This document shows positions 25,826 to 38,899 of a stretch of 64,000 nucleotides of DNA, piece by piece. Position 1 is the first letter of the stretch, and every line of letters starts with the position of its first letter. The notes beneath the pieces are model-generated. The model was not told the origin of the DNA. It ran no database searches and saw only the letters and a program-made list of their open reading frames with translations. A program made the translations under genes and the position numbers. The stretch is from Eledone cirrhosa (Eukaryota). Location of the stretch: contig OZ024743.1 of the NCBI GenBank assembly GCA_964016885.1, positions 366,978,001-367,042,000 of the forward strand, given 5' to 3'.

Positions 25826-26881
25826 CTCTAGAGCATAGAAAAGCTGTCAACAAGACAAGGAAAATGGTAAGACCAAGAGCATGTTACAAGAATGCCTCCC
25901 TACCAGCTAACCCATTGTGCATATAACATTAGCTTAAGTGGAATTGAGGCATCATGCTAGTTCAGACCTTCCAACTTTCCAGAGAACACCAATTCAAAGA
26001 GTACATGGCAGATAGGCAATAAAAATAAATATGCATACTTTAGAGTTTATTATTTCTTATTTCATTTATAAAAGAATAAGGGCTCCTTTTGTTTGTGGTA
26101 TCACTAACAATTGTCATAGAGATACTTTTTGTTAATGTTATAGTAGAGCTTTAGAGGTCTAATTGAAGCCCTCAAATATCATATTTATGGCCTTACTTTC
26201 ACTATAATTTTACATATATTGGATATGCTAGAATCAACATTCCATACATTGCTCTAATTTCCACTGGATGAAACTCTATGGAAGAATCTAATTTGATAAA
26301 CAATGATTGTCAAGAAAGGTCATTTAGTAACCGGGAAAACTATAGTAAATACACACTTTGGTATATTCCAGTTTGAAAGAAGTCAGGTATTAAACAAAGA
26401 CACTGATGCAGATAGATGCACTTTCATATACAAATATGTGTACATACACACAAGTTTTATTTCTCACAAAGACCCAGGAAATGCCAAAAAACATTGAGGT
26501 ACTTATTGAAAATTTTACTTAGTTATATAGAATACATTTTCTCCATTCATGGTTAAAATGTTAAAGTAAAACATTTAAAAAGGTTTTTATATCAAAGAAA
26601 GCAAGAGAATCCCTGTATATTCCTGGAGAAAATTCAATGGAAATTATTTTTACAATATCCTTTTAGAATATGGAAACAATTGTAGTAAGTTATTAAAAGG
26701 CATGGCATACAGAAAAAAAGAGAATAGCTTACTAAAATAAAGCTTCTTTCTCTATGCATTACCAGAGATTTTGTGTTCTCTTTTTGTTTTTGTTTTGATA
26801 CAGATTCCATGTTATTAATCCAAATAAAAAAAATAACACAGATCTGTAACTTTTACATATTTAAAATTTTATGAAAACGTT

Positions 26882-27096
26882 TCATAATGATACTCGGCTG
26901 CGTGTCATTCGTTTTGTCTCATGTTCTGTGTGTAAAGTACTGGTCATCATACAGGGTGCATCAAGGTCAGAATCTTCACTACTAGATGTTTCTGAATCTG
27001 AGCTGGCATTTGAGTAGACACCAATGCTTGGAAGAATGTATCTCACTTGAGCAACATCGGATTGAAATACTTTCTTGGGAATTTCTTCTGAAGACT
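26882..27096 (-). CDS. PSME3IP1: PSME3IP1 last coding exon
   Basis: gtttAG|; ESSEEIPKKVFQSDVAQVRYILPSIGVYSNASSDSETSSSEDSDLDAPC...RVSL*; conserved ILPxxGxYS..SDSE acidic tail. Total CDS 732 nt = 243 aa plus stop. Confidence 0.9.
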
Positions 27097-30000
27097 CTAA
27101 ACAAAAGAAATAGATTGTGTATGGAATTGGAAATGTTCCAGTTGGTTTGCCAAAAATTTATATTTAAAAATACACACCAAAATGGCTATTATAAAAAGAA
27201 TAAAAATATTTATCATAAACGATGTTTTGAAAGTAAGATAAGCATATGACAGAAAGAAAAGAAACCATTGTTATGTTGAATGTTGGACTCACCACTAATA
27301 AATCTTTATTGACTTATAATAAAATGTTACTATTATTTAATATTTGTTTTTATATTCTATCAAAATAAACTGACTCATTAGGTACATGTAGGAAACATTT
27401 GGTTTTAGCAAGATTTAATTAGCCCAAAAAACAAACAAAAAAACAGGACTTTATTGTCATCTGGGAAATGGCCAAACAGTAAAAGAGTTGGTATGAATTT
27501 AGTGTACCCAATGTAAACTATGGATGTCAAGAAATACACCGAGATCAAAGGTGGGTTAAGTGAGAAAAAAATTCATACAAAGTAAATACAGAGGAGTAGT
27601 TAGCAGTAAGATTAAAATCGTCCATAAAACAAATCCTTTGAAATATTCGAAAGGCTCTCTAGAAGTAGTTGACTGCTTCTGTTACCTAAATGACCCAATC
27701 AGCTGTGAAGTTGGAAGTTCTAAAAACATAGTAGCCAGAGTAAAAACAGTGGAAAAAATTCAGGGAGCTATTACATTTATTGGCAGCAAAGAGATTCTCT
27801 CTCTGAGTGCAGGGTATATAGTAAGGAAAGTAATGTTAGTACGCATGAATGAGCACAAACAAGTTGGGAGAAAACTATGAACAAAGGAATCAGCTGTAGT
27901 GTGCAAGAAAGAAGACTGCATTAGTGTATACATAATGTATAGAGGATAACATTTGTTAAAGAACATAAGTACCAACAAAAAATGAAGATATGGGTAAAAG
28001 TGGTGAAGGCAGATTTCAAGAGGCTAAACTTGAAGAGAGCAAAGGACTGCAACATATGGCAAGACAGTACTAAAGAAGATCTGTTCAACATATGTAAGCA
28101 CGGGAAAGCAGATGTGATGAAGATATCCACATTAATAAAAATCTAGTTTATTATACAATAAATGCATAACTCAACATGCTAAAAATAGCAGTAAAATTTC
28201 CCTCAAACAACCACACCTTACTATCTTAAAAAAGGACATTAGATAATGTAGTTTGGGGTACACCGTTTTAGGCTAAAGAAAAAAATACAGGATGATGATT
28301 TAAATGTCTTTGATTATAGACCTGTCTGATCAGAACCATCTTAGGGTTAAAGACAAACAACATATCAACCAAATGATTTTTTTCTTCTTTGCCCACTTAT
28401 TCCTGAGAGAGTTGTGAGAGCAGAGTCAGACATGGTTTTCAGCGTGTCCTATCAGAAGCAATTGTCTCCAAAGTATCCAGCTAGATTCTCCAGCGAAACC
28501 AACTGAGCTCATGGACGTTATCCAACCATTTTGCTCATGGTCTTCATCTGGGTCTTCTATCAGTTGGCTTTGCCTGTAAAATCTATCCAGTGATTCTTTA
28601 CTTAGACATTTTTACCACGTGTTCGTAGTACCATAGCTGTGATCTTGCAATTTGGAGAAGTAGCAGCTCTGACTGGAGTGACTCTCTGATCTCTAAACTA
28701 CTTACCTTATTGAGTAACATTACTCCAAAAACCCTTTGGAGGAACCCCATTTCAGTCGTTTATATTTGCGAGCATATTCTATTGGTCATTACCCAATATT
28801 CATGACCATAGGTAAGGGTAGGCATGAACACCAAATTGAAGATACTGTACACCTTTGAATGTCTTCTCTCAGCCTCTCTTTCAATTTACAGTGAAATATG
28901 TCACTTGTTACTTTGAAAGTTCAAAATTTCCAGAAACTTGCAAAGAAATTCCACAGTGGAATAAACAAAAAAATATTAAAAATACCTGTTTTTTCTTTTT
29001 TGCTAGAAAAAGCAGTAAAATCTACCTCACACCATACCATTTAAAAAAAAGGATACATTTAATAATATAGTCTAGTTAAAGAAAAAATACAAGGTGATGA
29101 CTTAAATGTCTTTGATTACAGGTTTGTTTGATCAGAACGATCTTAGGGCTAAACAAAAACAACATAACCCAATGATGTTGATGTTAATTAATTTGAAAAC
29201 AGAATTATGTGTCATCTTCATCTATATATATATATATAACTCTCTCTAAGATCCAGATTTCTATTTCAGAATTGTCATTATAGGAAATATCTAAATCAAA
29301 TTGTTCATCTTGGAGCTATCTCACTACCATATTGCAACTGTTAACTCAGTATCTTTGCTTTATATATTTTATATAAATCAGCTTCAATAACTTCTGAAGG
29401 CTGTTATCACTGGTAAACTAATGAGATCAAACAAGGAAGCTTCTACATCAGTCATGGACAAACTGCAGTCTGCAGGTCACAAGCAATCTGTTTGACTTTG
29501 TGAGTGGCATGACTAATGAAAAATTACCTTTCATTTTCTTTAGTAGTGCAGTCCAACTTATGATGAGCCCTATCTCATGCAGTCCACTGCTTGGAAAAGG
29601 TTGCCCAAACATGCTCAACATGTTTGTTCAATCTACTAGAAATAGCAGTTAAATTTCCATCAAATTATACCATGTTTATTAAAAAAATGAGACCATCAGA
29701 TAATGTAGTCTTAGATTATGTTTGAAAAAACAAAACATGTAATGTCTTTAATCATAGGACTGATAAGTTTTCAACTACTACTATTGCTGTTGCTGCTCAT
29801 GGAATCAAGCAATCTGGTTTTTTTTTAACAACAGTTAAATGTAGATTTATCAATATAAAGATTCAATTGATATAGTGTATAAGATATCTCCCTTCATTTT
29901 CAGGTCAGAGCAATTAATTTTGCTCATTACATTCCATATTCGCCATGGTTTCTATGGCTGGATGCCCTTTCCAACACACCACCTTACAGTGTATGCTGGG

Positions 30001-30175
30001 TGCATTTCCACTACCTGTGAAATTAAGCTTCTTTAGTGAGAACTGTACACCTCTTCTCTCAGCATCTCTTTCAATTTACAGTGAAATATGTCACTTGTTA
30101 CTTTGGAAGTTCAAAATTTCCAGAAACTTGTAAAGAAATTTCACAGTGGAATAAACAAAAAAATATTAAAAATAC

Positions 30176-30225
30176 CTGTTTTTGCTTTTTTCGCAGAATT
30201 TTCAACACTTGTTTTTTCAGGACTC
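30176..30225 (-). CDS. PSME3IP1: PSME3IP1 coding exon 5 (50 nt)
   Basis: tgtAG|G AGT CCT...ACA G|GTattt; SPEKTSVENSAKKAKT; its phase 2 start and phase 1 end exactly bridge exons 4 and 6. Confidence 0.82.
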
Positions 30226-30384
30226 CTACATCCAGAAAGAAATAGATGTAAGTAGATCAAATTCAAATAAATGTTTGAAAGATAGGTGGGGTGAGAGTGA
30301 GAATAGGGAGAAAAATATAAAAACAAATAAACAAAAAGGGAGTAAAAGTAAAATGTACTCTCAGAAAACAAGCTCTATTAAATA

Positions 30385-31730
30385 CTCATAGGGTTCTGTA
30401 GAAGTAGTTGATAGCTTCTGCTACCTAAGTGATCAAATTAGCAGTGGAGGTGGGTGTCTGGAAAGTATAGTAGCCAGAGTGAGAACAGGATGGAAAAAAT
30501 TTAGTAGGGAACTACTAAAGCTGCCAGCTATAAAAAGTTTTTTCCTAAGAATGAAGGGCAAATTTTATGACGATTGTGTACGAACAGGAATGCTGCATGG
30601 AAGTGAAACCTGGGTGCTGTGTGCAGAGGACCTACGAAGATTGGAAAGAAATGAAGCTTGCATGCTCCATTGGATGTGTAATAGTAATATACATGAATGG
30701 TGAAGAGTCAATAAATTGAGAGAGAAATTGGGTATATGAGGGGTCAGATGTAATGTGCAGGAGAGGAGATTGCGTTGGTTAGACATGTGATGAGTATAGC
30801 TGTATAAAAAAGTATAAGCCGTTTGAAGTTGAAGGAAACTATGTGAGAGGAAGACCTAGGAAAGCATGGAATGAAGTAATAAAAGTTGACCTTGCACAAT
30901 AAAATCTCTCAAAAGCAATGACATAAGATCGAGATCTCTGGCGATATGCAGTACAGCAGAAGATCTGCCTTCCCATGTGCACGGGATGAAGGAAATATCT
31001 AGAGGACGCAAGTCTGCACCAAATCTTCTCCTCTCTCCAGCCCATACACCACCCATTTCTTAACACTCCCCCTCTTCACTAGTCAAGTACCCCAGTGGTA
31101 AAAAGGTGGTCATGCTGGCGACACACAAAAAAGCACCCAGTTCACCCAGTAAGGTGGTTGTGCTGATGATACGACAAAAATCACCCGGTCCACTCTGTTA
31201 GGTGGTTATGCTGGCGACATGATGAAAAAATACCCAGTTCAACCTGCCAGTTGGTCGTTTTGGTGCCAGGATAAAAATCACCCAGTCCATGCTGTAAATG
31301 TGGTTGCTGTTAGGAAGGGCATCCAGCCATAGAAACCATGCCACAAACAGTTCTGTATGAGCAAAACATGGTCACCTGATCTGACTTGTCTTAATGGGAC
31401 AACTTGTCTAATCCAATGTAGCATGGAAAAATGGACGTTTACACGGTTACACAACAAAAAGCACCCAGCCCACCCTGTAACGTGGGCATGCTGGTGACAT
31501 GATGAAAAAGTACTCAATCCAATCTCTCAGATGGTCATTTTGGTGCCATGATAAAGAGCACCCAGTTCACACTGTAATGGGGTTGGTGTTAGAAAGAGCA
31601 TCCAGCTGTAGAAACCAAGCCAGAAACAGTTCTATTTGAGCAAGTAATGGTCACCTGATCTGACTTGTTTCACAACAGGATAACTCATCTAACACATGCA
31701 AGTGTGAAAAATACAGTGATGCTGATGCCT
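30385..31730 (+). mobile_element. RTE LINE 3' fragment with internally repeated 3'UTR
   Basis: RTGWKKF..MLHGSETW..EDLRRLERNEA; multiple AAAAGCACCCAG-type subrepeats. Confidence 0.85.
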
Positions 31731-32015
31731 AACAATACAGAAACAGTTGTCATTGTACTGCTAAAGATTAAACTTGCCCTTACTGCATGCTATATTTAAT
31801 TAATTTTAATTAAAATTGTGAGGGTACATTCAATGACACTCAAAATTAGAATAAGTAATTTGGGTAATGATTCTTTTCACCACCAAGGGCTTGATTTTAA
31901 TTAACTAACCCTTTCATCATCATCATTACCATATTTCTAATAAAATACACTGCCTGTGCTTTTCAAATAATCAAGGATTTAGTCATAACCAACTTCCTCA
32001 TTATTAAGCTGGTGT

Positions 32016-32201
32016 AAGGCGGTGGATTGGCAGTATCGGTAGAGGGTCGGACGCCATGCTTTCCAGTATAGTTACGTCCCTAAACGATCTGAGTTCAGAT
32101 CTCGCCGAGGTTGACTTTGCCTTTCATCTTTACGGGGTCGATAAAATAAAGTACCAGTAATGCACTGGGTAATTGCTGGCCATGTGCCAAAAGTAGAAAC
32201 A
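32016..32201 (+). mobile_element. tRNA-derived SINE, full length (same family)
   Basis: Near-identical to the 40971 copy; 16-bp TSD ATTATTAAGCTGGTGT (32000-32015, 32202-32217). Confidence 0.9.
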
Positions 32202-32760
32202 ATTATTAAGCTGGTGTTTGGAACATAACATGACAAAGGTTCTTATATAAAATAATTGTTTCTACTTTAGGCACAAGACCAGCAATTACCCAGTACATTA
32301 CTGGTACTTTATTTTATCGACCCCGTAAGGATGAAAGGCAAAGCTCACCTCGGCGGGATTTGAACTCAGACTGTAAAGGGACGTAACTATGCTAAAAATA
32401 ATGATGGGAGGTTTTTAGATAAATATAAACCCTTTAAAACAAACAGTTCCGCATCATAGAACCAGCGTCAGTTTCAGGTTTGGTGTCATGAGAGTTAACA
32501 TTTCCACTATATTAAGTTTTCATGCAGTATACGTCCCTGGTTATTTTCACCACCCCAATGATTCATGCATATACACGTTCATTGATTAGCTTCAGTTAAA
32601 GAATTGTGATGTATTATGAGACATTATTGTTTTGCAAACAATCCTTCTTCATTGCAATAAACTCAGAGAGAAAAGATCACAAAGAACCACAATAAATTAA
32701 AGCCACTAATTACTATTGTAAAATTCAATGTGGTTTTGAAAAATATCCATTTTCATCTAC

Positions 32761-33040
32761 GTGATAATAATTGTTTCTACTTTAGGCACAAGGACAGCAA
32801 TTACCCAGTGCATTACTGCTACTTTATTTTAACGACCCCGTAAGGATGAAGTGATAATAATTGTTTCTACGTTTGGCACAAGGCCAGCAATTACCCAGTG
32901 CATTACTGCTACTTTATTTTAACGACCCCGTAAGGATGAAGTGATAATAATTGTTTCTACGTTTGGCACAAGGCCAGCAATTACCCAGTGCATTACTGCT
33001 ACTTTATTTTAACGACCCCGTAAAATGAAGTGATAATAAT
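32761..33040 (-). repeat. Tandem array, 3 x 90-bp unit made of a SINE 3' end
   Basis: Units begin GTGATAATAATTGTTTCTAC at 32761, 32851 and 32941, and a final GTGATAATAAT closes the array. Confidence 0.92.
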
Positions 33041-33828
33041 GATGATGATAACATACATGAAAATCTCATTAGAAATTCAATTTTTGATAAGAATCATCAT
33101 TCATCATTTCATTTTACGTCCACTTTTCCCTGCTTGCAAGGGTGGGACGGGAACTGATGCTGGCTTGATTTCTACAGCTGGATGCCTTTCCTAACACCAA
33201 CCTCATTTACAGTGAGTGCTGGGTGCTTTTTTGCTGTGGCACCTCCACGACCACTTTGCAGTGGTATGATATGGACCCCAGTCCCTATCATCTCATTTCT
33301 ACAGCTGAGTAAACTAGAGCAATGTGAAATAAAGTGTCTTGCTCAAGGAAACAACACATCACCCAGTGTGAGAATTGAACTCACAACCTTTTGATTGCAA
33401 GGCCAATGCTCTAACCACTAAGCTATGTGCCTCCATTGCTCTAACCACTAAGCCATGTGCCACTAAGAATGCACCTATATATAAATTTGAGTGACTTCCA
33501 TCCATCCGTCTGTTACACAATGTGTATGTGTGTGTAAAAGGAAGGAAGGGGATAATGAAAAAACTATAGCAAAACAGCAACTCCCATTCCATTTGCTATG
33601 CTGTGTGAGTATGTGTAAATGTGTGTGTGTTTGTGTGAATGTATGTGTATTTGTGTGAATCTATGTCTGTGAGTGTGTATTTTTGTAAGTGTGTCTGTGT
33701 TTGCGCGTTTATATTTATATACTCATACATATAAATGTTAGCATATGCATATACACATATACGTCAGAGTGTTTAAAAAAATCCTAGTATAATAAAATGC
33801 AACATTAATAATAGAAAAGTAGATATAC

Positions 33829-33953
33829 CCTTTCCTCTTCACAGCACCTAACAACAGTTCTGCTTGAGATTTTGCTTTAGTAGTTCCCACTTGGACACGT
33901 GAACATTTCTTCTCTTCAGGTTTACTTTCTTTGGGTTTGGTTACTGCTGCCGC
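33829..33953 (-). CDS. PSME3IP1: PSME3IP1 coding exon 4
   Basis: AC|GCG...GG|GTatat; AAAVTKPKESKPEEKKCSRVQVGTTKAKSQAELLLGAVKRK contains the conserved SQAxLLxGAVK. Confidence 0.9.
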
Positions 33954-34870
33954 GTAAATAGTCAAGGATGCAACAATACTTATACCCAGTGGGTATACAA
34001 AGAAATAGAATTGTAGACATGATTTCACAAAATAAACAACACACCAAATAAGAACCTAACATTAATAATACTATATGTTTGACAATTGACAAAAATACAA
34101 ACATTCTTATCAGAAAATCAAAGTTCTTAGACCACATCCAAAAGAAGGCCATCTGACACAAGATTCTCTGTCAGTTTCATTGCTACTACTATAGTACCTC
34201 CTGCTTTGAACTACTTAGCTGAATACTCTTTGCATCCAGATCCATGTGCCTCTACTTTCTGTCACCATTATTAGGCCCTACAGGAAACACTTTGTCCAGT
34301 TTTTCTTTCCAGAACAACAACTTGTTGGAATTCTCTTACAACACAAATATTTTCCTTACAGATGTTCAAAATGAATATCAATTACACAAATTTCACCAGC
34401 CTGGGAGGTCCTGCAAAAGTTATGAGAACTGCCCTTCCTACTCTGACAGTTTTATCTAAAAGCATCTTTAATGCTTCCATTTTCTTGATATGTATGGTTA
34501 ACTGCTCTTTAATACTCTTGTAAGTCATAAAAAAACCCCAGAACTTTGCTAATACTTTTAGACAACCATAGGGATTTATGACAAAAAGGAATATAGAGTA
34601 GCATCCCAATGTCTTCTATAGGTCCTCAAGAAGTCCACTAATAAAATACTATAAATTTTTAAATTAACAAACCTGCTGTTTGTTATTTTCTGGAAAATCA
34701 TTACAGGATGTGAAAAGTTAAATCAATACACTCCATGTTACAAATACATCTTTTGATCCTTCAACCAATATGGAAATATATAAAATGTGACCCAAATGCT
34801 TTGGAAACATAAATGTTATCAAGAACTTGTGTCAGTTTGCACCTGGAATCTTCCATCATTCAAAGGATAT
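33954..34870 (-). other. PSME3IP1: U12-type (minor spliceosome) AT-AC intron
   Basis: 5' splice site ATATCCTTT (34870-34862), branch site ATCCTTGAC (33969-33961), 3' splice site tttAC (33954); splicing joins the flanking exons in frame. Confidence 0.92.
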
Positions 34871-34992
34871 AGTCATTTCTTCCATAACATTGGCTTGTTC
34901 TTTTTCTCTTTCTTTCTGTAATCTTTCTTGTTGCTTTGATACATAATCCAAAAAACTGACCTCTTCATCTTCTAAACCTTTAACCGAATTTC
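34871..34992 (-). CDS. PSME3IP1: PSME3IP1 coding exon 3 (followed by an AT-AC intron)
   Basis: tctcAG|; RNSVKGLEDEEVSFLDYVSKQQERLQKEREKEQANVMEEMT; ends at |ATATCCTTTG. Confidence 0.92.
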
Positions 34993-35987
34993 CTGAGAAA
35001 CAGAGAAAGAACAGATAAACATCATCATCACCACTTTATGTTTGTTTTCACACTGGCATGAATTGGTTCAGTCACTATGTTTTGAGGCTAGACAGGTTAG
35101 ATGTCCACATCTTGCCCATATATTCCATTTCTATGGCTAAATAGCATTCTTTATGCCAACCACTTTACAGAGTATACTAGTTGCATTTTATCTTGACACC
35201 AGCACTACTTTTCAGTGCTAAGTTTTGATGATGCAGAGATTAATTTTCAGTTTTTAACATAAAGCACAACACAAATTAGTTGAGAGGGAACAATTAGATT
35301 TACTAGAGAACTTGACTGGTCTATTTTATCTTATCTAAAAAAGGCACAAGGCAAGAAAATAATTAATAATGGTTTCTTATATAGATGGGATTTGAACTCA
35401 GATCGTAAAGGGGCGTAACTCTATCCGCAAAGCATGGCGTCTGGCCCTCTACCGATACTGCTAATCCACCAGCATTATGGCTGTATCGGTAGAGGGTCGG
35501 ACGCCATGCTTTCCAGTATAGTTAGGTCCCTAAACGATCTGAGTTCAAATCCCGCCGAGGTTGACTTTGCCTTTCATCTTTCTTGTATAGGCCCAAGGCC
35601 AGCAATTTTGGCCAGGGGAAAGTCGATTAAATCGATTCCAGTGCATGACTGGTGCTTTATTTATTGACCCCATAAGAAAGAAAGGCAAAGCTAACCCCAG
35701 CGTGATTTGAACCCAAAACGTAAAGGGCCGTAACTCTATGCCACAAATATGTTGACCGATGCTCTACCGATACTGCCAATCCACCACCCTAGTGCTGTAA
35801 ATAATAATTGTTTCTACTTTTGGCACAAGGCCAGCAATTATCCAGTGTATTACTGGTACTTTATTTTATCGACCCCCGTAAGGATGAAAGGCAAAGTTAA
35901 CCTCGGCAGGATTTGAACTCAGAATGGCAAGGGCCGTAACTGTAAATAATAATAAAACAAGATAATGAATATGCTGTGAAAACTTAC

Positions 35988-36086
35988 TATTTCGTTGTTC
36001 TTCTTCATATTCTTCTTCTTTCTTTTTCTTCTGTTCTTGGAGTTTATCGTATAAACAACGATTATCCGCCACTTCTTCTGGACACT
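35988..36086 (-). CDS. PSME3IP1: PSME3IP1 coding exon 2
   Basis: ccttAG|...A|GTaagt; ECPEEVADNRCLYDKLQEQKKKKEEEYEEEQRN (NIP30 N-terminal domain). Confidence 0.93.
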
Positions 36087-38576
36087 CTAAGGATAAAAAC
36101 ATGATTTTAAGATGAAATATTTCAGCAATGACATGATAGTAACATTATACTCAACCAAATTATTGAAAGGATGTACTTGTGATGGCTAGACCTATCACAA
36201 ATATGGAGTCACATTAATGATAACATGAAACTCAACTATTATCTTCAAACCACCAATGGAGAATTAGCACATTCAAACTGCTAGAAATAGCAACCAAATC
36301 TCCTTCAAATCACATCCTACCACTCAAAAAAGGAAGAGATTTGAAAGTCCTAGATCCTAGATATACTATTTCTGTAATAAATTTCATGATGGCCATGACA
36401 AACATATTTGATCAAGCTAAAGAACATTTTTCTCTTAACTGATTTATATTATTGAATGTGTCATGGTCAGATTATACTCCTGTTAATATTGGCAACTTCA
36501 TGATCTCTTGGGGGAAAATACAGTTAGGTATAGTTTGCTGTTGCTAACTCCAGATCTTTACAAGGATTTGAATTGAGAGCTGCAAATTAATGAAACACTT
36601 ATTAATTATATAGTGATATCATTGCCTACAATGTTGAGCAGTTGTATTTTTCTGAAATCTGCATTTAGATTGAGATAGCTTACAGTGAGTACCTTGAAAA
36701 AGCAGTAGTATTAGTAATGGAATCTTCTCAATTAAACCTTGAGTAATCAAAACAAACCTGCTAGGAATCTCAACTATTAACTCACCTGTCCCACTTGCAA
36801 ATTCCAGAGATATAAACACAGAGGAGATAATCAATTGTGTGTTGTAACATGAAGACTACCAAACTGTAGGGTGAAATTTATTGTTGCAAGATCCCTTCAA
36901 TACACATACTGTGCTGTCACTACCCCAAACTACTCATTTACCCCTCTCACTTCAGAGGAAAAAAAAAAGAAAAGAAAAACATCAATAACATCATTAAGCT
37001 CAAAATCATATGTTGGGATATATACCCTCTATGACAAGTGTAAGAAAAAACATCAGCTGTGTTTAAATTGTGTCCATCAATCTCCACTATAACCAACACC
37101 ACAACCTAAAGTCTCTATGAAGTCTAAATATTCCTTAAATCATATCGTACTGTCCTTTAAAAAAATTATATTTAAGACTACATTGGATAATTTTATATTG
37201 GTTTCTGATTTAAGCACAAGGGCAACAATTTTTGGGGAGGGAAAGTCAATTAAATCAACCCCAGTGCATTACTGGTACTTTATTTCATCAATCCTGTAAG
37301 GATGAAAGGCAAAGCTAACCTCGGCAGGATTTGAACTTAGATTGTAACTCTATGCGATAAAGCATGTCCAATGTTCAACCAATACTGCCAATCCATCACC
37401 CTTAGATAATGTAATATTAAATACACGAAACAAAAAAACAAAACAAGAGCCCTTAACTCCTGATAGAATCATAGAGTCACTATCTTGCACATATCTTGGG
37501 ATTTTAAACCTGCCAGAGCCCATTCCTCTCCAGGTTGGAACACAACTAGTTTTTCTCAGAGAAAGAAAGAGAGACCAAGTGATGAGACATAAAGGAGAAT
37601 TGGCCCCAGTACTGAACTGGTACTTTATCAACCTCAAAAGGATGAAAGACAAAGTTAACTTTGGTGGGATTTGAACTTAAGAGTTCAATGATCTGGAACA
37701 AATACTGAGGCAATTTTAATCTGATACCCAAATGACTGACACAATTTGTCACCTTAATACATACACAAAACATGCGGGGAAAAAGACCATCTTCTGCTCT
37801 CCACACTGCACAACATACAATAAACTCCTTTACGTCAGAGTGTGCCCCATGGTTCTCCAATAGGCAGAGGTACAGAATATTTGGAACAATATATATGTGG
37901 GTCATACCTAGTTATTAATTTGATACTCGTGTATCATAGTTTTAAATGACAAGAACTAAGCTGGAGCTACACAACAACCAAACATTACATAATGAAATTT
38001 TCAGCAGAATTAAATGTAACAAGGTATAATTAGTGTAGTGTTTGACTGGTTATAGTGTGATTGTAGTTAGTTACTTCTTTGCCCACTTATTCCCGAGAGG
38101 GTCATGGGGACAGAATCCTCAAACACTCCTTCCAACAGGTTCTGTCAGAAGCAACCGCCTCCAATTGATTCAGTTGAATCCCCAAATGGGACCAGCCAAG
38201 CTCGTGGATGTTATTCAACCATCTTGCTTGGAGTTTGACCCTGGGTCTCTTGCCAGTTGGTTTTGCCTGTAAAATCTGTCCAGCAATTCTTTCATGAGAC
38301 ATTCTAACAACATGCCCATAGTATCGGCTCTACCTGGAGTGACTCTCTGATCTCTGAGCTACACACTCTATCGAGTAACATTACTCTAAAGACCTTTTGG
38401 AGGAACCCCATTTCGGGTGCTTGTATTCCTGATCAATTCTTTTTTTAATTTTATTTCTTGACTACAATCAATCAATCTTGGGTGATTGTAGTCACAAAAT
38501 AAAAAAATTATGATAATTTTAACATAACAAATGCATTATTTTTAAGTTTAAGACATATGAAACTACAATAGTTTAC

Positions 38577-38697
38577 CAAAAGGCTGATCTGGTTGACGAA
38601 CTTTTTCCCATTCTTTCTGTCGTCTTTGTCTTTTTTCCTCCAATTCTTTCTCTGATACAAATTTTGTAAGGGATGAACCAGAACCAGATGCAGACAT
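38577..38697 (-). CDS. PSME3IP1: PSME3IP1 (FAM192A/NIP30) coding exon 1
   Basis: MSASGSGSSLTKFVSEKELEEKRQRRQKEWEKVRQPDQPF matches the family FVSExEL..RQ.EWEKVR motif; donor G|GTaaac; an acceptor at 38742 implies an upstream 5'UTR exon. Confidence 0.92.
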
Positions 38698-38899
38698 TTT
38701 CCTTAAAATGAGCTACCTCAAAGAGGTATTTACTTCCCAGTCTGAAATTAACAATAAACAAATCTGTAATGTAATTAATTATCAATGATTTATTAATGGA
38801 ACAGAAAGTTATACATCAGACATAATATTGTAAAAACCAACAAATGCCACTGTTCCGATTGCTAAAGGACCTGAATATATTATAAAGCTTTAGGTCCTG

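Noticed and set aside
27285-27315. Possible PSME3IP1 micro-exon with a GTGAGT donor
   Set aside because: The required phase contains a stop codon; the 30176-30225 exon bridges the phases correctly.
32761-33040. Regularly spaced repeats resembling a CRISPR array
   Set aside because: Units are identical head-to-tail with no unique spacers, are SINE-derived, and the context is eukaryotic with no cas genes.
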